Origin: Ranitomeya imitator
Taxonomy: Eukaryota
Direction: 5' to 3'
NCBI RefSeq assembly: GCF_032444005.1
Contig: NC_091284.1
Coordinates: 14,074,001-14,138,000 of the forward strand
Length of the DNA: 64,000 bases
This document shows, in pieces, positions 44,770 through 57,773 of this stretch. Position numbers and translations under genes: made by a program. Under the pieces are notes generated by a model. That model was given only the letters and a program-made list of their open reading frames with translations, was not told the DNA's origin and did no database searches. The stretch's first letter is position 1; the number at the start of each line of letters is the position of its first letter.

Positions 44770-45031
44770 ACTCTGCCTGCTCTGTGGGGGCGGGGCTCTG
44801 CCTGCTCTGCGGGGGCGGGGCTCTGCCTGCTCTGCGGGGGCGGGGCTCTGCCTGCTCTGTGGGGGGCGGGGCTCTGCCTGCTCTGTGGGGGGCGGGGCTC
44901 TGCCTGCTCTGTGGGGGGCGGGGCTCTGCCTGCTCTGTGGGGGGCGGGGCTCTGCCTGCTCTGTGGGGGGCGGGGCTCTGCCTGCTCTGTGGGGGGCGGG
45001 GCTCTGCCTGCTCTGTGGGGGGCGGGGCTCT
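44770..45031 (+). repeat. 25-26-bp G-rich minisatellite in the TAF13 3' UTR, about 10 copies
   Basis: Unit CTCTGCCTGCTCTGTGGGGGGCGGGG. Confidence 0.95.
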
Positions 45032-45116
45032 GTTGATGTGGGCTTCATTATGGTAACAAGGTCATATTTTATTTTATTTTTTTTAAATTATTAAATGTTC
45101 TGTAAAACAAAAAAAA

Positions 45117-45122
45117 AATAAA
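45117..45122 (+). terminator. Probable TAF13 poly(A) signal
   Basis: AATAAA 350 nt after the stop; ATTAAA also at ~45089. Confidence 0.55.
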
Positions 45123-45439
45123 CCCCTTTTTACACCTCGGTGCTGGAGGACTCTGGTGTCTTTAGAGAGGTTTCGCGCTGCTGCTGCTGCAGCAGGAGGT
45201 CGGGGCAACGTTTCATCTTTATGACGAGTAGATCGGTGGTTTGAGCCTCGGGCTGAAGGTCAGATGATGCCTCTGTGGAGCTGCGGACTGTTGTGCAGTG
45301 TTATCACTGGCTGTCCAGCGTCCAATAAGCTTCAGGCGGCCTCAGTTCTCCCCCCCCCTTGCTCTACACTGCAGCTCTGATTCTATTGGCTTCTGTACAC
45401 ATTGAGCTCACGTCCATTCTACAGAGAACAGTGATTGTC

Positions 45440-47410
45440 AGCTGCTGGGCCCCGCCTCTGTGGGTGTGGGGGCTGCTGCCTCTGGTGCTGGGCCCCGCCT
45501 CTGTGGTGGTGCTGGGCCCCGCCTCTGTGGGTGTGGGGGCTGCTGCCTCTGGTGCTGGGCCCCGCCTCTGTGGTGGTGCTGGGCCCCGCCTCTGTGGGTG
45601 TGGGGGCTGCTGCCTCTGGTGCTGGGCCCCGCCTCTGTGGTGGTGCTGGGCCCCGCCTCTGTGGTGGTGCTGGGCCCCGCCTCTGTGGGTGTGGGGGCTG
45701 CTGCCTCTGGTGCTGGGCCCCGCCTCTGTGGTGGTGCTGGGCCCCGCCTCTGTGGGTGTGGGGGCTGCTGCCTCTGGTGCTGGGCCCCGCCTCTGTGGTG
45801 GTGCTGGGCCCCGCCTCTGTGGGTGTGGGGGCTGCTGCCTCTGGTGCTGGGCCCCGCCTCTGTGGTGGTGCTGGGCCCCGCCTCTGTGGTGGTGCTGGGC
45901 CCCGCCTCTGTGGGTGTGGGGGCTGCTGCCTCTGGTGCTGGGCCCCCCTCTGTGGTGGTGCTGGGCCCCCCTCTGTGGTGGTGCTGGGGCCCCCTCTGTG
46001 GGTGTGGGGGCTGCTGCCTCTGGTGCTGGGCCCCCCTCTGTGGTGGTGCTGGGCCCCCCTCTGTGGTGGTGCTGGGCCCCCCTCTGTGGTGGTGCTGGGC
46101 CCCCCCTCTGTGGTGGTGCTGGGCCCCGCCTCTGTGGGTGTGGGGGCTGCTGCCTCTGGTGCTGGGCCCCCCTCTGTGGTGGTGCTGGGCCCCCCTCTGT
46201 GGTGGTGCTGGGGCCCCCTCTGTGGGTGTGGGGGCTGCTGCCTCTGGTGCTGGGCCCCCCTCTGTGGTGGTGCTGGGCCCCCCTCTGTGGTGGTGCTGGG
46301 CCCCCCTCTGTGGTGGTGCTGGGCCCCCCTCTGTGGTGGTGCTGGGCCCCCCCTCTGTGGTGGTGCTGGGCCCCGCCTCTGTGGGTGTGGGGGCTGCTGC
46401 CTCTGGTGCTGGGCCCCCCTCTGTGGTGGTGCTGGGCCCCCCTCTGTGGTGGTGCTGGGGCCCCCTCTGTGGGTGTGGGGGCTGCTGCCTCTGGTGCTGG
46501 GCCCCCCTCTGTGGTGGTGCTGGGCCCCCCTCTGTGGTGGTGCTGGGCCCCCCTCTGTGGTGGTGCTGGGCCCCGCCTCTGTGGTGGTGCTGGGCCCCGC
46601 CTCTGTGGGTGTGGGGGCTGCTGCCTCTGGTGCTGGGCCCCCCTCTGTGGTGGTGCTGGGCCCCCCTCTGTGGTGGTGCTGGGCCCCCCCTCTGTGGTGG
46701 TGCTGGGCCCCCTCTCTGTGGTGGTGCTGGGCCCCCTCTCTGTGGTGGTGCTGGGCCCCCTCTCTGTGGTGGTGCTGGGCCCCCTCTCTGTGGTGGTGCT
46801 GGGCCCCCCCTCTGTGGTGGTGCTGGGCCCCCCCTCTGTGGTGGTGCTGGGCCCCCCTCTGTGGTGGTGCTGGGCCCCCCCTCTGTGGTGGTGCTGGGCC
46901 CCCTCTCTGTGGTGGTGCTGGGCCCCCCCTCTGTGGTGGTGCTGGGCCCCCTCTCTGTGGTGGTGCTGGGCCCCCTCTCTGTGGTGGTGCTGGGCCCCCC
47001 CTCTGTGGTGGTGCTGGGCCCCCCCTCTGTGGTGGTGCTGGGCCCCCCTCTGTGGTGGTGCTGGGCCCCCCCTCTGTGGTGGTGCTGGGCCCCCTCTCTG
47101 TGGTGGTGCTGGGCCCCCCCTCTGTGGTGGTGCTGGGCCCCCTCTCTGTGGTGGTGCTGGGCCCCCCCTCTGTGGTGGTGCTGGGCCCCCTCTCTGTGGT
47201 GGTGCTGGGCCCCCCTCTGTGGTGGTGCTGGGCCCCCCTCTGTGGTGGTGCTGGGCCCCCCTCTGTGGTGTGGGGGGGTGTGGGCTGCTGCCTCTGTGGT
47301 GTTGGGAGGCCCTCCTCTGTGGGGGTGGGGGCTGCTGCCTCTGTGGTGTCGGGGGCCCTCTGTGGTGTAGGGGGGGGGGGCATCTGTGGGGGGGGGGGGC
47401 TGCTGCCTGT
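45440..47410. repeat. Composite ~24-bp GC-rich minisatellite
   Basis: GCTGGGCCCCCCTCTGTGGTGGT interspersed with GGGTGTGGGGGCTGCTGCCTCTGGT. Confidence 0.95.
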
Positions 47411-47493
47411 GGTGTCGGCCGCCTCTTCTCTACTCTCCTGTGACCTCTGCACTTTGTGGATTTCCCTCTGATGCTTACACTACCTAAACTGAA

Positions 47494-47507
47494 CCAGCAG
47501 GTGGCGC
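47494..47507 (+). promoter_or_regulatory. Consensus CTCF motif
   Basis: CCAGCAGGTGGCGC. Confidence 0.6.
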
Positions 47508-47699
47508 CCTGACAGCAGTTAACATCCCGCTGCTGTGCGCTCTTTCCACCAGGCGGTGGCGCTCGCTTCTTCTGGCCGCGTTCTCCATGCGATGTCGTGT
47601 TGGTGACAGCAGGCGGCGCTGTTTCCTCTGCTTTTTTACTGGCGATAACACTGAATGTAACAAACGACTGGGATCACCGATTTCTGTACGAGGATTAAA

Positions 47700-47996
47700 A
47701 GATCAAGGTTAATCTCTGGGAGTACCATAATGGCGGATCCCCGTCTACAACGCAGGGGAGTACTAACATGGCGTCCGCTACAGGAGCCGCGGAGGGTCAA
47801 AGCGCGTGTCCTGCGTCTGTCATTAGACGAGCCCTTACCAGAAGCGTCCGTGGGGTTCGGCCACTGCGCATGCGCACTTGCCTCACACGCAGGACTAATA
47901 CCGGCAGCGGCGGCGGAGGGCCTGACACCGGAGACAGCGGCTACCGAGCAGGACAGCGGCGGCAGCGGAGCCAGGAGACCCCGGAGGAGGCAGCAG
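47700..47996 (+). promoter_or_regulatory. CpG-island promoter and probable non-coding first exon of an unidentified gene
   Basis: YY1-like ATGGCG motifs at ~47730 and 47768; NRF1 palindrome TGCGCATGCGCA 47865-76; purine-rich leader ending CAG|GTGAGC at 47996/47997. Confidence 0.6.
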
Positions 47997-48645
47997 GTGA
48001 GCGGCGGGGCCCGTGCTCTCACGGTGGGATCCTCCGGGCCGGTGCAGACCGAGCGTCCCCGGGAGTGCGGCATTACCGCGGTATACGGCTGCCCCCGGTG
48101 ACCCCCGTGCGGTATTACTGCTGTGTGTACAGGGCTCTACCACCATTACTATTATTACTACTATTATTATTATTAGTGCTTCCTCTGGTTTTTACAGTAA
48201 TGTTTCCTGTTCTCATTTTTCTATAAATATTTCTATTATTTCTCTAGAATCTTCCGTTCTCTGCGTTTCTCCGCTTTGTCCCCTTCTCCTCCCGGTACGA
48301 GGTCGCAGCTTTTTGCCTTCTGTAATTTTTATATATTTTTTTCATGATACAAAAAATCAGGTGAAAATGTTATTATTTATTTACGTTCCAGGAAGCGGTC
48401 GGGACGTAGGTGTCGTCATGGTTACCGTATATTGTGTATATCTGGGCCCGGCAGGACCGCACCCTGCGACCCCCGATGCTTGTGCTGCGATGGGGGTAAC
48501 GCTACTGATGTGCTATGGCGCAGACAGCGGAGGACACACAGGGGGTCTTCAGTCGCCCCCGCTGCCAGGAGACCATCGGCCGCCATGATGGAGATGCCGC
48601 TGTCACTAGGACCAGATTCAGCTCTGGTGTAATGCAGGAGGGAGC

Positions 48646-49727
48646 CTGTAATGGGGGGCAATCACCTGTGCTGTAATGGGGGGCAATCACCTGTAGTGTA
48701 ATGGGGGGCAATCACCCGTGCTGTAATGGGGGGCAATCACCCGTGCTGTAATGGGGGGCAATCACCTGTGCTGTAATGGGGGGCAATCACTTGTGCTGTA
48801 ATGGGGGGCAATCACCCGTGCTGTAATGGGGGGCAATCACCCGTGCTGTAATGGGGGGCAATCACCCGTGCTGTAATGGGGGGCAATCACCCGTGCTGTA
48901 ATGGGGGGCAATCACCTGTGCTGTAATGGGGGGCAATCACCTGTGCTGTAATGGGGGGGCAATCACCTGTGCTGTAATGGGGGGCAATCACCTGTGCTGT
49001 AATGGGGGGCAATCACCTGTGCTGTAATGGGGGGCAATCCCCTGTGCTGTAATGGGGGGCAATCCCCTGTGCTGTAATGGGGGGCAATCCCCTGTGCTGT
49101 AATGGGGGGCAATCACCCGTGCTGTAATGGGGGGCAATCACCCGTGCTGTAATGGGGGGCAATCACCCGTGCTGTAATGGGGGGCAATCACCCGTGCTGT
49201 AATGGGGGGCAATCACCCGTGCTGTAATGGGGGGCAATCACCCGTGCTGTAATGGGGGGCAATCACCCGTGCTGTAATGGGGGGCAATCACCCGTGCTGT
49301 AATGGGGGGCAATCACCCGTGCTGTAATGGGGGGCAATCACCCGTGCTGTAATGGGGGGCAATCACCCGTGCTGTAATGGGGGGGCAATCACCTGTGCTG
49401 TAATGGGGGGCAATCACCTGTGCTGTAATGGGGGGCAATCACCTGTGCTGTAATGGGGGGCAATCCCCTGTGCTGTAATGGGGGGCAATCCCCTGTGCTG
49501 TAATGGGGGGCAATCCCCTGTGCTGTAATGGGGGGCAATCACCCGTGCTGTAATGGGGGGCAATCACCCGTGCTGTAATGGGGGGCAATCACCCGTGCTG
49601 TAATGGGGGGCAATCACCCGTGCTGTAATGGGGGGCAATCACCCGTGCTGTAATGGGGGGCAATCACCCGTGCTGTAATGGGGGGCAATCACCCGTGCTG
49701 TAATGGGGGGCAATCACCCGTGCTGTA
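48646..49727. repeat. 25-bp minisatellite, about 43 copies
   Basis: Unit GTGCTGTAATGGGGGGCAATCACC(C/T). Confidence 0.97.
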
Positions 49728-50394
49728 TTGTGTATGAGTCCATCGCCCGCACTGTAGGGGGCCAATCACCCTCTCTATATGGGGGACATTGGCCCACACT
49801 GGGGGCTGGCAAGGACGGTGCAGCACACGCATTAATGGCGGACCTGGAGACGGTGCAGCAGACACATTAATGGCGGACCTAGAGAAGGTGCAGCAAACAA
49901 ATTAATAGTTTTTTTTTTCTTTGTCGCCTCTGAATTCGGGATTTTTCCCCAAAAAATGTCATCACTGTGAGCGTCCCCTGTATGTAAACCTCTAACACAA
50001 TGGAAATATTCTCCTCATTCAGTAAATTTAATAAACTTATCTTCTCAGGATTTCTACTAATAAAACATAACTTTTAATATTAAATGCTAAAAACTGCACA
50101 TCCAACAGGACACAAACGAAAAAAACATACAAAGTGCTCAGGTGAACCAGTGCTCAATAAAAAAGAATGGTTGGATCTCACCCAAGCTGCCGGACACTGT
50201 ATACTTCCGTACGACACAGTAGAGATCCAATTAGATGAGGAGGGGCAGGGCTGAAGTAGTATGTCTACCCTGTAACCCCTCTGTAACTCCTGTCCTGACA
50301 AGGACAGGCCCCAAATGGACCTCGCTCTAAGGGACCAGCCCACCCAATGTGTATAAAGGCAGAGTCCCAAAACCTCTTGAAACGTAGAATCTTC

Positions 50395-50439
50395 CTCCCT
50401 ACGCGTTTCAACTCCGGTCATGGAGAATCATCAGGGGAG
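50395..50439 (-). ncRNA. Type I hammerhead ribozyme in a Penelope-like remnant (~50040-50480)
   Basis: Minus strand CTCCC-CTGATGA-tt-CTCC-atgacc-GGAG-tt-GAAAC-GC-GTA-GGGAG: 5-bp stem I, 4-bp stem II, palindromic ACGCGT stem III. Confidence 0.75.
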
Positions 50440-50574
50440 TCATATGGAAAAAAGTGCCAACGGGCACAGAGATGTAAGTCCGTCTAAATTGTGGGGCCTG
50501 CAGTGGCTAGGTAACCCACGCTGGAGATGACCGTCTGTGTCCACAGTCTCTGGTAGAGTACTCTACCCCTAGCG

Positions 50575-51927
50575 GTTTTTTCGTGACATATTGGGCTTCA
50601 TGTTAGTGGTAAATTTAGGTCAATAAATTCTGCGTTTATTTGTGATAAAAACGGAAATTTGGCGAAAATTTTGAAAATTTCGCAATTTTCACATTTTGAA
50701 ATTTTATTCTGTTAAACCAGAGAGTTATGTGACACAAAATAGTTAATAAATAACATTTCCCACATGTTTACTTTACATCAGCACAATTTTGGAAATAAAA
50801 TTTTTTTTTTGTTAGGAAGTTATAAGGGTTAAAATTTGACCAGCGATTTGTCATTTTTACAACGAAATTTACAAAACCATTTTTTTAGGGACCACCTCAC
50901 ATTTGAAGTCAGTTTGAGGGGTCTATATGGCTGAAAATACCCAAAAGTGACACCATTCTAAAAACTGCACCCCTCAAGGTGCTCAAAACCACATTCAAGA
51001 AGTTTATTAACCCTTCAGGTGCTTCACAGCAGCAGAAGCAACATGGAAGGAAAAAATGAACATTTAACTTTTTAGTCACAAAAATTATCTTTTAGCAACA
51101 ATTTTTTTATTTTCCCAATGGTAAAAAGAGAAACTGAACCACAAAATTTGTTGGGCAATTTCTCCTGAGTACGCTGATACCTCATATGTGGGGGTAAACC
51201 ACTGTTTGGGCGCACGGCAGGGCTCGGAAGGGAAGGAGCGCCATTTGACTTTTTGAATGAAAAATTATCTCCATCGTTAGCGGACACCATGTCACGTTTG
51301 GAGAGCCCCCGTGTGCCTAAACATTGGAGCTCCCCCACAAGTGACCCCATTTTGGAAACTGGACGCCCCAAGGAACTTATCTAGATGCATACTGAGCACT
51401 TTAAACCCCCAGGTGCTTCACAGAAGTTTATAATGCAGGGCCATGAAAATAAAAAATAATTTTTCTTTCCTCAAAAATGATTTTTTTAGCCTGGAATTTC
51501 CTATTTTGCCAAGGATAATAGGAGAAATTGGACCCCAAATATTGTTGTCCAGTTTGTCCTGAGTGCGGTGATACCCCATATGACATTAGTGTTTCCAGCC
51601 ACGGCCGATGATATTGCAGCATCGGCCAGGGCTGGATTGTAATATTTCACCAGTAATAATAGGTGAAATATTACACATCGCTCTGATTGGCAGTTTCACT
51701 TTCAACAGCCAATCAGAGTGATCGTAGCCACGGTGGGGGGTGAAGCCACCCCCCCTGGGCTAAACTACCACTCCCCCTGTCCCTGCAGATCAGGTGAAAT
51801 GGGAGTTAACCCTTTCACCGGATCTGCAGGGACGCGATCTTTCCATGACGCCACATAGGCGTCATGGGTCGGATTAGCACCGACTTTCATGACGCCTACT
51901 TGGCGTCATGGGTCGGGAAGGGGTTAA
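50575..51927 (+). mobile_element. Partial piggyBac-like non-autonomous element
   Basis: Same subrepeat blocks as 1-1200; ends GGGAAGGGG|TTAA. Confidence 0.55.
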
Positions 51928-52099
51928 TAACCGGATCCTCCAAGGACCCGACCCCAGAAACCAGCAGTGATCTCAGTCATCCCGCACTCCGGTGACCTCA
52001 CGGGTTATTTATCCCCCAGTGTATGACCAGGAATGGATGATGTCAACGGGAGCAGTGACATCACACCTCAATATACAACAGCCTCCTGTCCATATCCTG

Positions 52100-55000
52100 G
52101 GTTATAGTAGTTATATTCTTGTACATAGGGGCAGTATTATAGCAGTTATATTCTTGTATATAGGGGCAGTATTATAGTAGTTATATTCTTGTACATAGGG
52201 GCAGTGTTATAGTAGTTATATTCTTGTATATAGGGGCAGTATTATAGTAGTTATATTCTTGTATATAGGGGCAGTATTATAGTAGTTATATTCTTGTACA
52301 TAGGGGCAGTGTTATAGTAGTTATATTCTTGTACATAGGGGCAGTGTTATAGTAGTTATATTCTTGTATATAGGGGCAGTATTATAGTAGTTATATTCTT
52401 GTATATAGGGGCAGTATTATAGTAGTTATATTCTTGTATATAGGAGCAGTATTATAGTAGTTATATTCTTGTACATAGGAGCAGTATTATAGTAGTTATA
52501 TTCTTGTATATAGGGGCAGTATTATAGTAGTTATATTCTTGTATATAGGGGCAGTATTATAGTAGTTATATTCTTGTATATAGGGGCAGTATTATAGTAG
52601 TTATATTCTTGTATATAGGGGCAGTATTATAGTAGTTATATTCTTGTATATAGGGGCAGTATTATAGTAGTTATATTCTTGTATATAGGAGCAGTATTAT
52701 AGTAGTTATATTCTTGTACATAGGGGGCAGTATTATAGTAGTTATATTCTTGTATATAGGGGCAGTATTATAGTAGTTATATTCTTGTACATAGAGAGCA
52801 GTATTATAGCAGTTATATTCTTGTATATAGGTGCAGTATTATAGTAGTTATATTCTTGTACATAGGGGCAGTATTATAGCAGTTATATTCTTGTACATAG
52901 GGGCAGTATTATAGTAGTTATATTCTTGTACATAGGGGCAGTATTGTAGTAATTATATTCTTGTACATAGGAGCAGTATTATAGTAGTTATATTCTTGTA
53001 CATAGGGGCAGTATTATAGTAGTTATATTCTTGTACATAGGAGCAGTATTATAGTAGTTATATTCTTGTACATAGGGGCAGTATTATAGTAGTTATAGTC
53101 TTGTACATAGGAGCAGTATTATAGTAGTTATATTCTTGTACATAGGGGCAGTATTGTAGTAATTATATTCTTGTACATAGGAGCAGTATTATAGTAGTTA
53201 TATTCTTGTACATAGGGGCAGTATTATAGTAGTTATATTCTTGTACATAGGAGCAGTATTATAGTAGTTATATTCTTGTACATAGGGGCAGTATTATAGT
53301 AGTTATAGTCTTGTACATAGGAGCAGTATTATAGTAGTTATATTCTTGTATATAGGGGCAGTATTATAGTAGTTATATTCTTGTACATAGGGGCAGTATT
53401 ATAGTAGTTATATTCTTGTACATAGGGGCAGTATTATAGTAGTTATATTCTTGTACATAGGGGCAGTATTATAGTAGTTATATTCTTGTACATAGGAGCA
53501 GTATTATAGTAGTTATATTCTTGTATATAGGGGCAGTATTATAGTAGTTATATTCTTGTACATAGGAGCAGTATTATAGTAGTTATATTCTTGTACATAG
53601 GGGCAGTATTATAGTAGTTATATTCTTGTACATAGGAGCAGTATTATAGTAGTTATAGTCTTGTACATAGGAGCAGTATTATAGTAGTTATATTCTTGTA
53701 CATAGGAGCAGTATTATAGTAGTTATATTCTTGTACATAGGAGCAGTATTATAGTAGTTATATTCTTGTACATAGAGAGCAGTATTATAGCAGTTATATT
53801 CTTGTATATAGGGGCAGTATTATAGTAGTTATATTATTGTATATAGGAGCAGTATTATAGCAGTTATATTCTTGTATATAGGGGCAGTATTATAGTAGTT
53901 ATATTCTTGTATATAGGGGCAGTATTATAGTAGTTATATTCTTGTATATAGGGGCAGTATTATAGTAGTTATATTCTTGTATATAGGAGCAGTATTATAG
54001 TAGTTATATTCTTGTATATAGGGGCAGTATTATAGTAGTTATATTCTTGTACATAGAGAGCAGTATTATAGCAGTTATATTCTTGTATATAGGTGCAGTA
54101 TTATAGCAGTTATATTCTTGTATATAGGGGCAGTATTATAGTAGTTATATTCTTGTATATAGGAGCAGTATTATAGCAGTTATATTCTTGTATATAGGGG
54201 CAGTATTATAGTAGTTATATTCTTGTATATAGGAGCAGTATTATAGTAGTTATATTCTTGTATATAGGTGCAGTATTATAGTAGTTATATTCTTGTACAT
54301 AGGGGCAGTATTATAGTAGTTATATTCTTGTACATAGGGGCAGTATTATAGTAGTTATATTCTTGTACATAGGGGCAGTATTGTAGTAATTATATTCTTG
54401 TACATAGGAGCAGTATTATAGTAGTTATATTCTTGTACATAGGGGCAGTATTATAGTAGTTATATTCTTGTACATAGGAGCAGTATTATAGTAGTTATAT
54501 TCTTGTACATAGGGGCAGTATTATAGTAGTTATAGTCTTGTACATAGGAGCAGTATTATAGTAGTTATATTCTTGTATATAGGGGCAGTATTATAGTAGT
54601 TATATTCTTGTACATAGGGGCAGTATTATAGTAGTTATATTCTTGTACATAGGGGCAGTATTATAGTAGTTATATTCTTGTACATAGGAGCAGTATTATA
54701 GTAGTTATATTCTTGTACATAGGAGCAGTATTATAGTAGTTATATTCTTGTATATAGGGGCAGTATTATAGTAGTTATATTCTTGTACATAGGAGCAGTA
54801 TTATAGTAGTTATATTCTTGTACATAGGGGCAGTATTATAGTAGTTATATTCTTGTACATAGGAGCAGTATTATAGTAGTTATAGTCTTGTACATAGGAG
54901 CAGTATTATAGTAGTTATATTCTTGTACATAGGAGCAGTATTATAGTAGTTATATTCTTGTACATAGGAGCAGTATTATAGTAGTTATATTCTTGTACAT

Positions 55001-55452
55001 AGAGAGCAGTATTATAGCAGTTATATTCTTGTATATAGGGGCAGTATTATAGTAGTTATATTATTGTATATAGGAGCAGTATTATAGCAGTTATATTCTT
55101 GTATATAGGGGCAGTATTATAGTAGTTATATTCTTGTATATAGGGGCAGTATTATAGTAGTTATATTCTTGTATATAGGGGCAGTATTATAGTAGTTATA
55201 GTCTTGTACATAGGAGCAGTATTATAGTAGTTATAGTCTTGTACATAGAGAGCAGTATTATAGCAGTTATATTCTTGTATATAGGGGCAGTATTATAGTA
55301 GTTATATTATTGTATATAGGAGCAGTATTATAGCAGTTATATTCTTGTATATAGGGGCAGTATTATAGTAGTTATATTCTTGTATATAGGGGCAGTATTA
55401 TAGTAGTTATAGTCTTGTACATAGGAGCAGTATTATAGTAGTTATATTCTTG
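52100..55452. repeat. 35-bp AT-rich minisatellite, about 95 copies
   Basis: Unit GGGGCAGTATTATAGTAGTTATATTCTTGTAYATA. Confidence 0.97.
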
Positions 55453-55601
55453 TGCGGTGTCTGCGCTCTATATCTACAGTTGCATGTAAGTTTGTGCACC
55501 CCTGGTCCAAATTACTTTTATCGTGAACAGTTAAGCAAGTTGAAGATGAAATGATCTGTGTATTTTAGGCCCCCAAAAGTACATTGTCCTCCCTTTTTTA
55601 A

Positions 55602-57723
55602 CTCTTTCCTGACCTGTGAAGTGTATATATACATCATGAGGACTTTGCCCGCACAGGAGTTGCGCGCGGAGCGATCTCTTCTGGGTGTTCAGGTGATGTG
55701 ACAGCTGACACCTGACACTCGCTGCCCGGAGCGGTGCCATCACGGTTCCCAACAGTTTAACCCTCTAAATGCTGCTATCGATATTGATCACACCATTTAG
55801 AAGGCAGAGCGAGGGGCTGATAATTGCGTGATGACATTTGGGTCACCAGAGCGAGCAAACTTGTTGCACCATGCTAAAATCCTGGTGCATTAAGCTTGTG
55901 CATCAGTGCAAAGCTGACGGGTTATGAAGCATAGCAACGCTCGTGCATTGCTATGCTTTATAATAATAATAATAATAATAATGCTTTATAAGCGATCTTA
56001 GAGAAAAAAGTGAAATTCCCATAGCGGAACTACGGCAAATAAAAAAGTTTACATTTTTTTGATTTTCCCCGTTAAAGCCAATTCTTCACCTGCTGTTGAT
56101 TTGTTCATTCTGCCTCCCAGAGATCGCAGTAAGGCTCGGTGCACATTTATCCTTCTCTCTGCGCTGAGCGCTTACATTGTGGGGTTTCCATGTAAATCTC
56201 TGAAATACGTGTTTCAGACAGAACCTTTGGCGATGGCGGAAGATTCCCTATAATGAGGCAGATGGACCTGTGATCTGGCGGTGTCTGTCTTTTTAGGATT
56301 GCATTAAAGCGTCGTTGGCCACAGTTTTGTGCACTATTGAAAAGCAGGTCACCGCTGAACAGAGGCCATATGGAGTCCAGAGTAACTCTGCTGCCTCATT
56401 ACAGTGAGTGGATCCCTTGGGGGTTTCACCTGAATCACGTCACTCAGAGATTTAGATGGAAACCCCAAAGTAAGTGATTGGCGTAGAGCGCCGGATAACT
56501 GTGATCCCAAGCGTTATGTAAAATGTTCCCATTGTGTGATATCACTATAATCACTGCACCCCTGGATGAATTCAATGAGATCTGTAGTTTGTAAAGTGGG
56601 GTCACTTTCGGGGGATTCTGCTATTCTGGCACCTTAGGGGCTCTCCCAATGTGTCATGGCACTCTCAAACAAGTCCCCACAAAATCTGAACTCCAATATG
56701 GTGCTTCTTGCCTTCTGAGCTTTGCACTGTGCCCCCAAACAGTAGTTTCCCCCCACATATGAGGTATCTCTGTACTCAGGAGAAATTATACAACAAATTC
56801 TGTGGTGCAATATTTCCAGTTACCCTTGGAAAAATGCAAAATTTGGGGCCAAAAACATTTTTGTGGGTAATTTTTTTTTTTTTCACTACTTTACATTATA
56901 AACTTCTATGAAGCAGTTAGGGGTTCAAGGTGCTCACCACACATTTAGATATATTCCTCAAGGGGGTCTGTGTTTCCAAATTGGAGAGTACATCAGGGGC
57001 TCTCCAAATGCAACATGGCGTCCGTTAGCGATTCTAGCCAATTTGACCTCCAAAAGTCAAATGGCTCTCATTCCCTTCTGAATCCTGCCGTGCACCCAAA
57101 CAGTTATTTCCCCCCCACTTATGTGGTATCGGCGTACTCAGGAGAAAACGGACCCCACAATTTGTTCTACAATTTCTCTTGTTACCCTGTGAAAATAAAA
57201 AATTGAGGTTAAAAGAATATTTTTGTGAGAAAAATTATTATTATTATTTTTTTTTCATGGCTTAACGTTATAAACTTCTGTGAAGCACCTGGGGGTTCAA
57301 GGTGCTCACCACACATCTAGATACATTTCTCGAGGGGTCTAGTTGTCAAAATGGTGTCACTTGTGGGGAGTTTCCACTGTTTAGCACATCAGGGGCTCTC
57401 CAAATTTCGAAAAGGTGTCCGCAAATTATTCCAGCAAGTTTTGAATTCTAAAAGTCAAACGGTGCTTCTTCCCTTCCGAGTTCTGCTGTGCACCCAAACA
57501 GTGGTTTTCCCCCACATATGGGGTATTAGCCTAGGATAAATTGAGCAATAAATTGCATGATGAAATTTCTACTTTTTACATGAGGTACAATATGTCACGA
57601 AAAAACAATCTCAGAATCAATGGGATCCATTGAAGTGTTCTAGTGTTATAAACACAAAGTGACAGTGGTCAGAATTGTAAAATTTGACCTGGTCATGAAG
57701 GTGAAAACTCGGGCGTGAAAGGT
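55602..57723. mobile_element. piggyBac-like non-autonomous element inserted at TTAA in the old Tc1 left TIR
   Basis: TTAA|CTCTTTCCTGACC...GGGCGTGAAAGGT|TTAA; shares subrepeat blocks with 1-1200. Confidence 0.5.
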
Positions 57724-57773
57724 TTAAAACTTACGAAAATGGCCCGATTCAAAAGTTTGTGCACCCTTACATA

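Noticed and set aside
39184-47471. Long ORFs of 550-800 aa in several frames
   Set aside because: All are periodic translations of the 35-, 23- and 24-bp arrays, open in multiple frames.
47695-47715. Possible SCARNA2 orthologue (human neighbour of TAF13), suggested by CTTGATCTT antisense to U2
   Set aside because: Only 9 nt of complementarity, no D/D' box at the required spacing, and no C61 guide found.
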